Part shown: positions 1-13,459 of the stretch, in pieces
Layout of the letters: the number at the start of each line of letters is the position of its first letter
Position numbering within the stretch: the first letter of the stretch is position 1
Assembly: GCF_009914755.1 (NCBI RefSeq)
Contig: NC_060925.1
From: the human T2T-CHM13v2.0 reference genome, Homo sapiens
DNA: 64,000 nucleotides
Direction: 5' to 3' (one strand)
The notes under the pieces: generated by a model
Seen by the model: the letters and a program-made list of their open reading frames with translations, nothing else
Databases searched by the model: none
Told to the model about the DNA's origin: nothing
Made by a program: the position numbers and the translations under genes

Positions 1-119
1 GTTGAGTTGTACCCAAAAGGAAGGTGGGAAGGTGGCCTCTGCTTCTGGCCTCCCAGGTTCAGGCTCAGTTAGCATCTGATACGGGGTTAGTTGGAGCAGG
101 AAGACCCCCAAAATCAAGC

Positions 120-200
120 TCCCTTCTCATTTTACAGATGAGGAAACTGAGGCCCAGGAAGAGGGAAAACTTGCCTGAGGTCCCAGCGCTGGGTGGCAGT
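120..200 (-). mobile_element. MIR SINE fragment
   Basis: MIR core 'cattttacagatgaggaaactgaggc...acttgcctgaggtc'. Confidence 0.85.
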
Positions 201-2194
201 GTTGCTGAGACCAGAACTCACCTCTCCTCTGCTCTTCACCGCTGTGCTCCTGGCTTCCCCCACCCATGCCTGCTCAGCTGTGCCTCCTCATTCCCAGGGG
301 CTCCATAGGAGGGATGAACCCCGAAGTGCTTCCATTCAGAAACCTCTCCAGGAGGGTCCCCAGCAGAAGCCTTCTTGAGCCTCCTCTCTAGTTTTATGTC
401 CTCTGCCTCGGGGGAGGATCTCACTTTGTGGGTCTCCTGACTTTGACCCCAGCCTGGATGAGATGTCTGGCTGAGCTAGTCATCTCTGAATCTTCTCTTC
501 TCTCCAGTCAGCTTCCAGATGCCAGTCTCTGTTCTTTCAACCTCTACCTTGGAGCTGTCTTTCCTAGACTGGAGAGTGGAATGCTGGAGGGAGTGCAGGC
601 AAGGGAAGGGGGTTGGCGGGAAGCATGGTGCCACCTCGCCCTGATCCAGGATGTCCTGTTTGGGTAGAGCTTGTGTTGAATGAAGCCCTGGACCATGCTT
701 TACCACTTTGGACCCTGTGATTATTCCTGCATCCACATTACACATGGGGAAACTGAGTCCCATGGCAGTCCCATAACTTGCCCAGGTCGCTACTGAATGC
801 TAGAGTGAGAAACTCGATTCTATCGACAGACTTCAAATTCTGGGGAGGTACATGGGTGGAGAAGAGCCAGGAAGGATGGGGAGGAGATTTTCAGGAAAAG
901 AATCCGTGCAGGGTATGTGGAAGATGATGGAATTTTGTGAGATCAGGGCTGGGGGAATATTAATTGGACCTAGAGGAGAACTTTTCCTGTGTTTTTCTCT
1001 TGGAAACAGCTCCCTTGCTATATGAACCCTTGCCATCTCCTCTCCTGTGTGTGTCTGTGTCTCAGAGGTGTTTTCTCACCTGTGATCCAGGTGTTGATTG
1101 GTGCTGTCATAGCCTTGCCTGGCACATCTGTTGGAAAATCACCTTGCTTTCCACCTTCTCCCTCCTCACCCCAGCCAGAGAGCCCACCTCCAGACCTGAG
1201 ACTTAGACCCCACACATCACCTGATGTTTGTCCTGGCCTTGGATAAGAAGGGTGGAGCCCACAGCTCATTGCCAGGCTCTGACCTCAAGCCCTGAGGCAG
1301 TAGGGTCTCCCCTCTGCCCACCATCTCTCACGTGAGCCTGGCCCCAACCCCAGGTCTCTCTGTTTATGGTTCCTATCATTCAGTGTGTAATTCTGGGTCA
1401 GTCCTTTCCCCACTCACCTGGCCCAGCTCCTGCACTGGCTTCCCTGCCCTGTCTGAGAGCCAGGCAGCTGGTGAAGACTCAGTGGCAATCGATGGAGCTG
1501 CAAATTGGGGGATACCACCCAGAATTCCCAAGAGACCCCATCAAGTAGTATGTTCTGCTCCAGCCAGTAGCAAGAAGTGGTAGAAAGAAGTTGGCTTTGG
1601 AGCCAGATAGCTCTGGGTTCAGATCCCAGCTTGGCTGCTCTGTCCATGAGGCATGGAATGAGGTGCTCCATAGCTCTGAACAGTAGCTCGTTCCTGTCTG
1701 TGACAGAGGCATATTTACAGGAGGGTACGAGGACCCAAACTGCCTGTGCCCATGAACGCTCAGAATGCATCGCTTATTGTATTCATATTTTAATACTCTA
1801 CTGATATTAATGGAATTCATATTCCAGAAGGAGAGGCAGATGTGCAAACAGACAATTGCACTCCAGTGTGACATACTCATGGTCGTGGCATCGTACAAGG
1901 CACTGGTTGCTGCCTGAGCTGCTGAAAAAATGGGAGTGAGAGTGCTGGGAAAACTAAGTGACACATGCTCAGGCAAGGAGTTTTAGTCCTTAGAGCTAAA
2001 CCTGTCTCTGCAGCCTGGAAACCCCACTCCCTCAGCTTCCTGCGGGGATGAGAAGGGGAGTGCCCAGCTACGAGCATTTCTCCTCCTGGCTGCTACCATG
2101 ACTCCAAGTAGGGCCATCCCTGGAATGGAAGACACAGTCACTCCTGCCTCGGTTTACAGTGGTGTTTCCCGACATTTGTTTTCAAGGACTCCAG

Positions 2195-2347
2195 CAGGGC
2201 TGAGACTAGGGTGAAGCTAGCCAGGTGCACAGGGGGTAACATTCAAAGAGGCACCCACTCACTCTCAGGATGGTGCAATGAGACGGTGTCCTTTAATTTT
2301 GCACTGCAGGCCCCTCGCTTGTCTCACTGTATTCGCTCCCATTCCTG
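2195..2347. mobile_element. Palindromic hAT MITE, MER96-like
   Basis: cagggctgagactagggtgaag...cactctcagg...cctttaattttgcac...ctcgcttgtctcac..cctg; the halves are imperfectly complementary and resemble MER96 as recalled. Confidence 0.65.
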
Positions 2348-2449
2348 GCTCAGGTTCTACAAGATGCTCTGAAAAAGATGGGCTCCAGAGTGTAAAATAT
2401 GAAGAAAAATTTCCCACTCTGGCCCAAACTTGGAGGGTCACAAGGCACT

Positions 2450-2810
2450 GTGAGCACACACTCCAGCTTCAGGGCCTTTGCGCTTGACATGTCTTCTGTC
2501 TGGAATGCTCTCTCCTCAATACCCCTATGGCTCACACCTTCCTTTATTCCAGCCTCCTCAGAAGGGCCTCCCAGGGCCCCTCTGGCTAAAGAAGCCCCTC
2601 CCCCATTGCCTTCTATCACTTCACTCTGCTTTGCTTTTCCTCATTATGTTTATCACCACTGGACATATTTTCCATCATTTATTTGATTATGGGCTCTTCT
2701 GCTAAACTGGCAGCTCCATGAGGACAGGGACGTGTCTATTGTTACTGATATGTCCCCATTGCCTACAACGGTGCCTGGTACGGAATAGATTCTCAATTAA
2801 TTTGTTTTTC
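2450..2810 (+). mobile_element. L2 LINE 3' end
   Basis: gggcctttgc...tctgtctggaatgctct...gtgcctggtac...ctcaattaatttg. Confidence 0.8.
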
Positions 2811-2939
2811 ATGCATAAAGGAAAGACAGGAAGAAGGAAGGAGAGAAAGTTAAGAGAAGTCCTGAAGGGAAGAACGGGTTTAATTATACTTAACCCAATA
2901 TCTCTTAAAATTCATGGATGTTGGAAATCATGTTTTCCT

Positions 2940-3393
<454 letters not shown>

Positions 3394-4029
3394 TCAGAGC
3401 CACCCCACTCCTGCACACACTTCCTGATTCACCTCTAAGACTGAGTGCGTATGCAGTGGGCTCTCTGATCTCACCCTGGCATGCCTCTGTGAATTCTACT
3501 GCCCCAGACATCTGCTGCGCCTGCCAGTGCTCCTAACACTACCACCCAATCACCAGAGCTGCAACCACTCCCCTACTTGCCCTCCCCGCCACCGCCACAC
3601 TTACACTTGCAATTCCCTCATGGCTTGCCAACAAATGGTGACCCTCCATCCCGCCCTGCCTGCCTCACAGGCACACACCATCTGCACCCACCTCGGGCTG
3701 CTCAAAGATTTATGCATCTGAGAATATGTCCTTCCCTCCTCTTTCCAGTGGGAGGAGGACCTTCATGAGCCTTGATCTCATCAGCCATCTGGACTGATGA
3801 GGCTCAACTCATAACTATATCTGCAAAGGTGAGAGAGAGCCCAGGGGAGGGCAGCCTCACTGGAAGATTGAGCCACGTGGCTCAGAATTGTGGCCATGGG
3901 GTCAGGTCCTCAACTCCTATCACAGTTCCTGCCACAATGCCCATCCTCCATCTTTAGGGCTGGAAGAAAAAAGTATGCAGGCTGCAGATGTACAGTGTTT
4001 GCCACTTTCTCTCACCTCTTCCGAGAGGC

Positions 4030-4250
4030 TGTAATAGCGTGGTGGTTGTCATGGAGCCCGAAGGTTTGGGTTTGAATTCCAGCTCTGTAACTTGCAGCTG
4101 TGTGATCTGGCAGGGGACTTCACCTCTTGGTTCACTCACAGAAAGTGGGAATCATAATAGTTCCTCTCTCCTAGGAGTGTCCTGGTGATTAAGTGAGTAG
4201 ATGCATATCATATCAAGTGCTTAGCCCAGTGCCTGGCACAAAGCAGGTGT
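4030..4250 (+). mobile_element. MIR SINE
   Basis: gggtttgaattccagctctg...gctgtgtgatct...gtgcttagcccagtgcctggcaca. Confidence 0.8.
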
Positions 4251-5892
4251 GCACATGTGAGCCAGTATCACAATGTTACACTCAGGCTTGGCTTGCCCGG
4301 AGGTCTCCCTTTCCGTGGGGTCTGTCCTCCTGAAGGTGGCCTCCTTGTTTGTCATGCCCCATGGCTGGGATCATCCAGGCTGGATCAGATTCCCTCTGTG
4401 CCCACCCACAGGCCCCCGTCCGCCTACCTAGAGGCTGGCTGGTCACCTGAGTGGTGACTGTGTTGGGCATCTCTGTCTCACCCTCACTGCTTGTTCCTGG
4501 AGGGCCGAGCAATGCCTGGGTCTCTGCTTCCCAGATCCTGGCCCCAGGCCCGCACAGGGTAGGTGGGAGTGAACTGGGGTTGAGTAAATGAGGAAAGGAG
4601 GATCCGGGTTGGTCCTTCTGATCTTGGAAGTTGGACCGGTTGGTTGTGGTTGTGGCTTTGTCAGACCAAGTGGGCTCCAGGGCTATCCAGGGGCTTGACC
4701 TCTGGCCTAAGTTACAGGCCACCCTGGAGTGAGCTCCTTGCCTTGCCCCTCACCCTGGAGGCTGGGTCCTGAAGCCTTGGACCGTGCAGGTCCGCTCTGA
4801 CTCCAACTTCCAAATTGATCCTCTCCAGGTCGATTCTTGTTTTGTTTTGTTTTTTGTTTTCCTGGAGTGTTGTAACCATTGAGTTCCAGGCAGGGGTCAG
4901 GCCCATGGGCTCCATCTATTCAGCTTGCCTGCACAATTGAAATCTTCGAACCCATCCTGGCTAGTTTTCTCATTAAGACTATCGGACTGGATTGATCCAT
5001 TAGATCAATGACTGGACATCAGCCGGCAGGAAGCCGATCAGATGAGCCTGGATGATCAGCCCAGGAATGAGGTTCCCCTCGGAACTGCGGTGAAGGTCCA
5101 GGCCTCTGGGATGGGGCTAGTGGAGGCAGAGGAGTGGGTTAGAGGCCTCACCAGACTAGACTTTGGTGTGGAGAGAGCAGTGTCCCCAAGGTGTGGCTAC
5201 CAGGGCAAGAGTCCCAGCGTCTGCTCCAGGCACTCCCAGGGGCAGCTGGTAGTAGTCCGGGAAGCATCACCTGGTGTTTGCAATGAGTTCAGACTCCTCC
5301 CCAGATAGTGGGTCTATAATGGACTTCTCTAACATATCACCACTGCCATGGCCAAGGCTTGGACCTGACCCTCCCTTTAGGTGGCAAAGTATGTGTGGTG
5401 GGAAAGCCAATGGAGGGTGTTAAGGAAGCCAATGGTGGTTTCCCAGGGCTCTCTTTTTACCAGGAGTCATTTGTTTATGAGGTTGGAAATGGAGGAGTAT
5501 GGGCACTTAGAACACCATGTCCCAGTGTGTATTTCTCAGATCCTGGCTGCGTAGGATGGTGGTGGGGCTTAAGGGGTGGCTGAGCGACCCATATTCAAAT
5601 AGGTTTGGAAATGCCAAGTAAATACATTTCGGCATTCATTTCCTGCAGGACCGAATAGATGAATCATGAATGCCACAACTCTAAAAAGGGGTGGAGGGGC
5701 GATGTTGGGGCACAGAAGCCTTCTCTGGGGTATCTTATAGAAATACATTGAGGCTGTTCTTGGAGGTGCCAGCAGGTCCTACCTTCAGGGAAAAATGTGT
5801 CCCAAGCAGAAGTGTTTTTGGTTTGGAGGGATCCATTGGAGCCAGGGAGGCAGCCAAAAAGGAGATGTTGAAGAGAGGGAAGAAGAGGGTGA

Positions 5893-6282
<390 letters not shown>

Positions 6283-6962
6283 TGACCTCAGCCCTGACCC
6301 AGTCCTGAGTTGTCCTGGGCATCTGCTGGGTCCCCGCCCTCTGCTGACACCCTCCTTGGGTACTAGCCATCCCTTCTACCCTCAGGACTGATCTGGTTTC
6401 CACCTTCTTTGTGCTCCTATTATGCCCCTACGCTTGGAAAACTCCATTAGGCAAAGTAGAAGTTACTGAGAACACCCTGGACCCTGGGCACAGTGTAATC
6501 ACAAGTGATATCTGATGGTGGAATTTTGAGCATGAGGCTTCGGATAATGTTTTTGGCAAGGGAGAGAGAAAAACAGGAAGGCTTCCTGCCTTTTGCAAAA
6601 TCAAATCACAGAGATAGTCTGCCACCTAATCTGACTACGTATAGGACTAATCCTGGTGTCTGGCACCATCTGAGAAGGGAATTGGTTAGAGATGAGAAGG
6701 TACCCACCTGCCCAGGGCCCAGGTGTTGGCACCAGGAAGAACAGCTTGGAATCTTGAGCACAAGGGGCCTTTTCAACCACTGAGTGAAATCTTCTTGTGT
6801 CTGGATGGGGCATCCCAGTCTTCTATCCCTTTGCCACAAAGGAATTGGGGCTGGGCTCAGAAGGTCCAGGGGGCAGTGATGCTTTTCTTCCAATGCATGC
6901 TTGAGTGTGCACAGATAAAGGCACCACCATCCTGGGGGAGAACTCCTCTTCTGTCATCTAAA

Positions 6963-7297
6963 CAGGGGTTGGCAACATTTTTTGGTGACGACTGAGATTG
7001 TAAATATTCTCCTGTCTGCCAAACATTCAGTCTTGGTCACAGTTACTCAACTCTGCTGGTATGGCATCAAAACAGCCACAGACAGTGTGTAAATGAAAGG
7101 GCATGGCTGTGTGTCAATGAAACTTTACTCATGGGCACCAAAGTCTGAATTTTGTACAAGGTTCATGTGTCATAATTTCTTCTTCTTTTTATTTTTTTTC
7201 AATGATTAAAAAAGGTAAAAACTGTTCTTAGCTCGCTGGCTGTACAGAACAGGCTATAGAATGACTTGGTTCATGGGCTATAGTTTGCAAATCCCTG
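6963..7297 (+). mobile_element. hAT-Charlie MITE, MER58B-like
   Basis: TIRs caggggttggcaa / tttgcaaatccctg; internal 'actcaactctgc', 'gggcatggctgtgt', 'ttcttagctcg'. Confidence 0.85.
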
Positions 7298-9739
7298 ATC
7301 AGAAACCACGCTTTCCTAATCTTTGTTGCCCTTTCTTCAAATGAAACGGATGGATAGCACAGTTAGGTGGAGCTGTTCTGGAGGAAGTGATGGAGCATGG
7401 AAGAGAGGGCAAGGAAGGTGGGGGGTGGGCACCAAACTGTGATTCAAGATCTAGAGCTGGCTCCTCTGCTCCTTGGAGCTGTCACCACATCTACACACAG
7501 AGCATGGAAACTCAGTGTTAGAGGAATCCCTGGGGCATGCGTGCTGTTCATAGTCTTGACTCAGAACAGCTCTCTTCAGTCTCCTTCTTGCTCTTGGTCC
7601 AGGTGAGCTTTGAACCAGCCTGTCTTGGCTGCTCTGCTTTGCATTTTCGGTCTCTGATTCATGGTTTGCTTGTTGTTGCTATTTTGTTGGCTGTGATCTG
7701 CACTCCTTCTAACCAAAAATCATAGTTCTCTATTTCAGCATTGCAGTCTCTCCTGTTTAGAGTTAATTCTAGTGCCCTCCACCCAAGCTCTTCAGGTAGC
7801 CTGGGCTTCACAGGTGTGAACCTGACATCCAGCACCCTAGAGGGTCCCAGCCTTAAGGAAGGGTGCCATCCTGGATAGATCAGTGGGCCTAGAGAAAGTC
7901 AAGGCATATGTTAAATAGTGCCATGAACTGAATCACTAAGAGGTGTATTTACAGGATATGGGAACTGCTTGGCTGACACAGGCTGGGAGCATCTCATTAG
8001 CACCTGGCAGAAGGACAGGGATAAATTAACTCCAGCTCACTGCTGATGATGGGACCACATCTCTCCCTCAGCCATCCCATAGATGGGATCAGAGGGAGGG
8101 GTGGTGAAAGACAGATAGAAATATGGAGACCCAGTGGGAACAGTTAATGGAGCGAAATGGAAGGAAGTTTGGAGATGGGAAAATAGCAGTGGGCACCTCA
8201 TTGCCTTCCAAGCTCTTGAAGCAACTGTCCTCCCTCCGGTTTGAAATCGAATGTTACCATAGTCACAGTGGTGAAAATCTCCCTGCAGAGGCTCCTGCTG
8301 GAGTTATGGGCAATGCTAGTGCCAGGCTGTGCCCAGGTGTAGAAGCCAGGAGCAGGTTTCCACATGGCTTGACTTGATGTTCTTGAAGATGGTGAGCAGG
8401 ACTGGGGCAGGAGGATCCATGTCCTGGGCTGGACAGAGACTCTCCTTTTTCTTCGCCATCCTCCGGTAGGGAGACCCTCCTCTCTCCCCCACTCTTGCTG
8501 CCTAACCTTGATGCCACTGGTAGTTTTAAGAATCAGTGGCATCTCTTACCATTGTCAGGCGCTGCATATCGGGCCATGGTAGGCTGCACTAATTAATTTA
8601 TTTTATTTCATTTCACATCCTTTGACTGAGGGCCTCTGGAGCAGGCGTATGCAGATGTATGCAAATCACATGCAAATCACCCACTAGAGCCAAATGCCTG
8701 GGCCCTTGTAATTCTGTAGCTGGACGGAGGTGGTGGCTCAGCTGACTGGTTACTGTCCTCAGGTCTCAGGGAGCCCACGTGCCCGCCTATGATGGGAAGG
8801 ATGGGGGCAGAGGAAGGAAGGAAATTCCAGGGAAGGGCTCCGTGTGGCCAGTTTTTGCTTTCTGCCACTCTAGCTTTCTCTAGTGATTGTCCCTCTTCCC
8901 AAAGAGGCAGCTGAAGGGAGAGAGATAAGAGCCTACCAAGATGGGGGCTCCAGGAGTCAAGGTCAGGGCAGGGCTTCCAGAGGGAATGGGAGCAGCAGCA
9001 ACAGGAGCTCCAGTCTCCTTCTCCAGCCAGACCCTCCTCTGACCCCTTCCTCCCCTGCCAGACGAACCCCCCACTGTGGCTTCCTTCCCCATCTCCCTCT
9101 CCCCGCAGCCTGCCCCCCTCCTCCAAGCAGGGAGCTGCCGAGTGCTGTTTGTTTTCTGTACGTGTGTTTGCTTCCCGTCCCAGCTTCCTTTCTCCATCCT
9201 CCGTGAATGAGCTTACAGAGCCCGGCTTGGAAGGAAATGAATAGATTACACAGGCCCAGTCAGGACTGTGGCTCCAACCCCGTTAGAAGGAAGAAGCAGG
9301 GCATTGTGATGAGGCCGCCACTGCCTGCTCAGCACAGTGGGCACAAAATGGCCCAAAACATGTGTCAAGCCCAGCAGCCTCCCCTCTGGTCCTAAATACA
9401 TTATCTTAGCAAAGGGATCATCCTGAGCTGTCAGAAAACATCATGAATGCATTGGATTCTTTGGGTAAATCAGGGCAGCTGATGAAATTATCTGAAGCCA
9501 TAGGGATCACCTAACCTTGGAGCTAACAAAACCTCTGGCTGGATATTTGGGAAGGTCTTGCTTGTGGACCCCTCAAGGGAGGGGAAGGAAATTGGGAGGA
9601 AGCGGCAAGAGCCTGACTCTTGGACACTTTACCCCCATGGTCTGGCCAAGTGGGGAGGAGCTCAGCCCGTTTGTAGAATAAGATGCCAAAACTATGAGAA
9701 TAGACTCAAGGAAGTATGTGTAATCATAGCCCCTTGGTC

Positions 9740-9945
9740 TGGGTTGTCCAATATGGTAGCCACCAGTCACACGTGGATGTTAACATTTAAATTAAATCAA
9801 ATTAATTTTAAAATTCATTTCCTCAGTCAGACTAGCCACATTTCAAGTGCTCACTAGCCACCTATAGCTGGTGGCCTCCATATTGGACAGATGAAGTATA
9901 GCACGTTCCCATCACTGCAGGAAGTTTCACTGGATAACCTGCTGT
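9740..9945 (-). mobile_element. hAT-Charlie MITE MER3
   Basis: tgtccaatatggtagccac...ctagccacatttcaagtgctca...catcactgcaggaagtttc. Confidence 0.85.
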
Positions 9946-10102
9946 AGAACATTGAGATTTTCTTTTGCAGCCTCTGGAATACACTGTGCTCACCTGACAA
10001 GAGAATAGCAGTGAGTGATCATTGAGTCAGTTTTCCAGGCAAACTTGCCCTGAAATGAATTTTAGTAAGATGGATCTCATTTGGTAACCTGACATCATTA
10101 GA

Positions 10103-10104
<2 letters not shown>

Positions 10105-10146
<42 letters not shown>
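10105..10146 (+). repeat. (GT)21 microsatellite
   Basis: Read directly. Confidence 0.98.
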
Positions 10147-10148
<2 letters not shown>

Positions 10149-10609
10149 TGAGGGAGGGTGAAAAAAGGGAGATGGTCATCATGCTCAAATCACTTCTTTG
10201 AAAACATAAAGATGTCAAGAGAGTTGTCATCCCTCTAAGGTGCTGAGTATCGTAGTTGTCTATTAAAGCCCTGTCCAACTTGAGGATGCTTTTCACCATC
10301 CCCCTCTGCTTTCTCCACTGTTACATGGGTTCATCTCCCAGATTTGAGTGTCCAGGCTTCATCTTCACAGCTCATATAGATAAGCTCCAGACAGCTTTTT
10401 TTTTTTTTTTTTTTGGCTAATAGAGTAGGGGTGCAATTCCATATTTCACCAGTAGGAGGCTGTCAGCTAATAACTAATCTACCCTAGCACTTAAGTTGGG
10501 ACTTGGTTCAAGAAAATGAATAATAAATAATGTTCTTTACTTAATCATTCCTATTTACATCTGTAACTGGGGACTTATTTATTAATGCTGCTTATACTAA
10601 TTTGAGTGG

Positions 10610-10775
10610 CTGACATTATTGAGCCTTTACTATGTGTGAGCACTAGATCAAGTGCTTTACATACGTGATGACATTTCATTTTCATATTTTCACTGAAAGG
10701 TAGATACTATGATTAATTCTATTTTCCAGATGAAGAAACTGAGGCCATTCGAAGAGACTGTGTCTCGGGTCATGT
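10610..10775 (-). mobile_element. MIR SINE
   Basis: attgagcctttactatgtg...gtgctttacat...ttttccagatgaagaaactgaggc. Confidence 0.8.
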
Positions 10776-12668
10776 TGCCTTCCCTGACTTCTCCAGAAAG
10801 CTGTAGGCACACCCTCCTCCATGAATCCTCTGTGTGGGTCTTTACACTAGTGCTTACCTCATCATGTCAAAATACCTGCCCCTGGACCATGACTATCTGA
10901 AGAGCAAAGACTGTCTTTTCTCCTGCTGTATTCTTGACACCTAGAGCAGAGTCACCTCAGTGAACATTTGCTAAATTAACAAATCATGGAGCTATAATGT
11001 GCACCTGTTGACAGACCATGCTATGTAGCCCACTTCTGTCTCATGTGGGCATCTGTGTAATGTTGATAGTATCTGTTGGTCAGGGGGTGGGGAGTGTGGG
11101 TCTTTGGATACTCAGGGGGCTTTGTTAAGTATGAAGGAAAAGGGAACATTTCTTATTAGGAAACACTGTCTGAACTCATTTGGTTGGAGGCCGCCTGCCC
11201 AGCAGGCAAAGCCGAAGGTCTGTTTATATCATGGAACTCCATTAAACAGCCACAGAGAATCATGGGAGTTTAACCTTTTACAGCAGTTTTTATCATCCCT
11301 CCTTTGTTTTCTCTCCTTCTTTTACAATTTGTTCCCAGGAGCCACTCTGGGCCCAGGTTACAAGGCCACAGAAAAGAGAGCCAGATAGAGAGAGAAGGAG
11401 ATCTACAAACAGTGATAACATCCCTGCTTTCAGTACCCCTTTATCTCACCTTTTTCACCATGTGGGAAGATGCATACCTGGGTGTGTGTTTTGTGGTGCA
11501 GATGATGCGACCTCGCCAGGTGATCGTCCCCTCTGGGTTCTGCTGGATGCCTCTGCAATGAGGGTTTGTGGTTGCTTGGGACCATTTGAAAAGGAATTGA
11601 GACTAGAGGCTGGGAAGGCTGAGGTAGGAAGAGAGAGGACTTGAGCATCAGAATACCTGTGTGTGAGTTTGACCTTGGGTGGTGACCTAACCTTTCAGCC
11701 TTTTAGAAACTTCACCTGAAATTGGGCATGAAAACATGTATTTTGTAAGCTTAAATGAGATAATGTCTGCAACCAAAAGACCCCATTGTTCAGCTCATTG
11801 TGGCACCTATTCAATGATAGCTATTGTCATTTCATGTCTGTTGATAGCTTACAGGATCTAGAGAGGGAAATTATAGAATAAGAGGGGAAGGTATTTGGGG
11901 AGGATCACCACGGTTAGATTCCTTGAATTCCATCCTACCACCTGCATTCCCAAGGGATATGGGCAGAGACAACGCTTTAAATGGTTATGCTGGTGAACTC
12001 ACTGGGTTTCAATTCTTGGAAACCCAGTGGCTTAACACAGTTAAGCCATTTCAATGGATTTTAGCTCTCCCTGAAACAGGGAGCTATTTCAAAATGGCTT
12101 TACTATCATTGGCTCTCTCTCAGTCCCAGCCCTTCACAATGTTTCATTATTTGAAGCAAAACTGAAAATGATGATCCTAAGGAGACAGGAGACAATACAG
12201 TCCAACCATATCATAAGGGCAAGAAGGTAGGTACACTCTCGGGTGACCAAGAGAGACCAGCACCAAGGTCCCAGAGGATGGGTCTAGACAACCCCTTTGG
12301 CCCTTCTTGCTTGGCAGCCACTCATCCTGGCTGCTCTTTGCTACTCCTCTGACCCCACATTCTGATCTTGAGTTCAGATCTTACAGATATAAGTCTGGAA
12401 AAGGATGTGAGTGAGGAAGACAAAAGCCAGGGTTGAGCCAACCCAACTTGCCTTGTCTAGGCCTCCTTCCCCAACCCCTGGCCTTCCAAAGAGCCAGGTT
12501 CTCCCTGATGAGGTATGTCCAGTGCTCAGTCTTATCATATCAGTCACATGGGAAGGAAGAGAAGGCAGCCAGAGAGGGCCCACCAAACAATAGTTGATTT
12601 TACAACAAATGTAATAACACATAAACAGGAAATAAGAACAAGTTCCCAGGTCTACTTCCATTGTAATC

Positions 12669-13025
12669 TGTATTCGTCTGTTCTTATGCTGCTATAAAGA
12701 ACTGCTTAATACTGGGTAATTTATAAAGGAAAGAGGTTTAATTAACTCACAATTCTGCAGGGCTGGGGAGGCCTCAGGAAACTTACAATCATGGTGGAAG
12801 GGGAAGCGAACACGTCCTTCTTCACATGGTGGCAGGGAGAAGTGCCAGCAGGGGAAATGCCAGGTGCTTATAAAACCATCATGTCTTGTGAGAACTCACT
12901 ATCATGAGAACAGCATGGGGAAAACCATCTCCATGATCCAATCACCTCCCACCGAGTCCCTTTCACGAACTTGGGAACCACAGTTCAAGACGAGATTTGG
13001 GTGGGGGCACAGCCAAACCATATCA
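12669..13025 (-). mobile_element. THE1-family (MaLR) solo LTR
   Basis: tgtatt...actgggtaatttataaaggaaagaggtttaatt...cacagccaaaccatatca; TSD taatc/caatc. Confidence 0.92.
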
Positions 13026-13459
13026 CAATCCTTTAATTCAACCCCAAGGAAAACTCCACCCCTAACCACAGCTGTTAAGTTGTAACCATCCAGACTCATC
13101 ACACTGAGCTCCTCCTCCTGGGGATGGGGTGATGGGAGAAACCTTCAGCTCCCTCTAGAGGCCAGAGTGTGAATCACAATCATTGCAGCCCTGATCCTTG
13201 ATCTTTAATGGAAGTTCTATTGGAAACCGGCAGGGGTACCTGACTCTGACAGCTCATTAGACTTCTCAGAGGCCACTAAAAATACACTGTTGTCTGAGAC
13301 TCATTCTACAGTTATTGAATCTGAATTTCCAGGACTGGAGCCTCAGGGCATTTGTACTTTTAACGAGTTCCCCAGATGACAGTGACGCACTCAACCCAGC
13401 CACGGAGCATGTCATGGCGTTTGTGAAACTCTGATAGAGGGAGCTGTTCCATGCACTCA

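Noticed and set aside
2195-2347. Pre-miRNA-like hairpin
   Set aside because: Explained by a palindromic MER96-like MITE; the stem is degenerate and there is no expression evidence.
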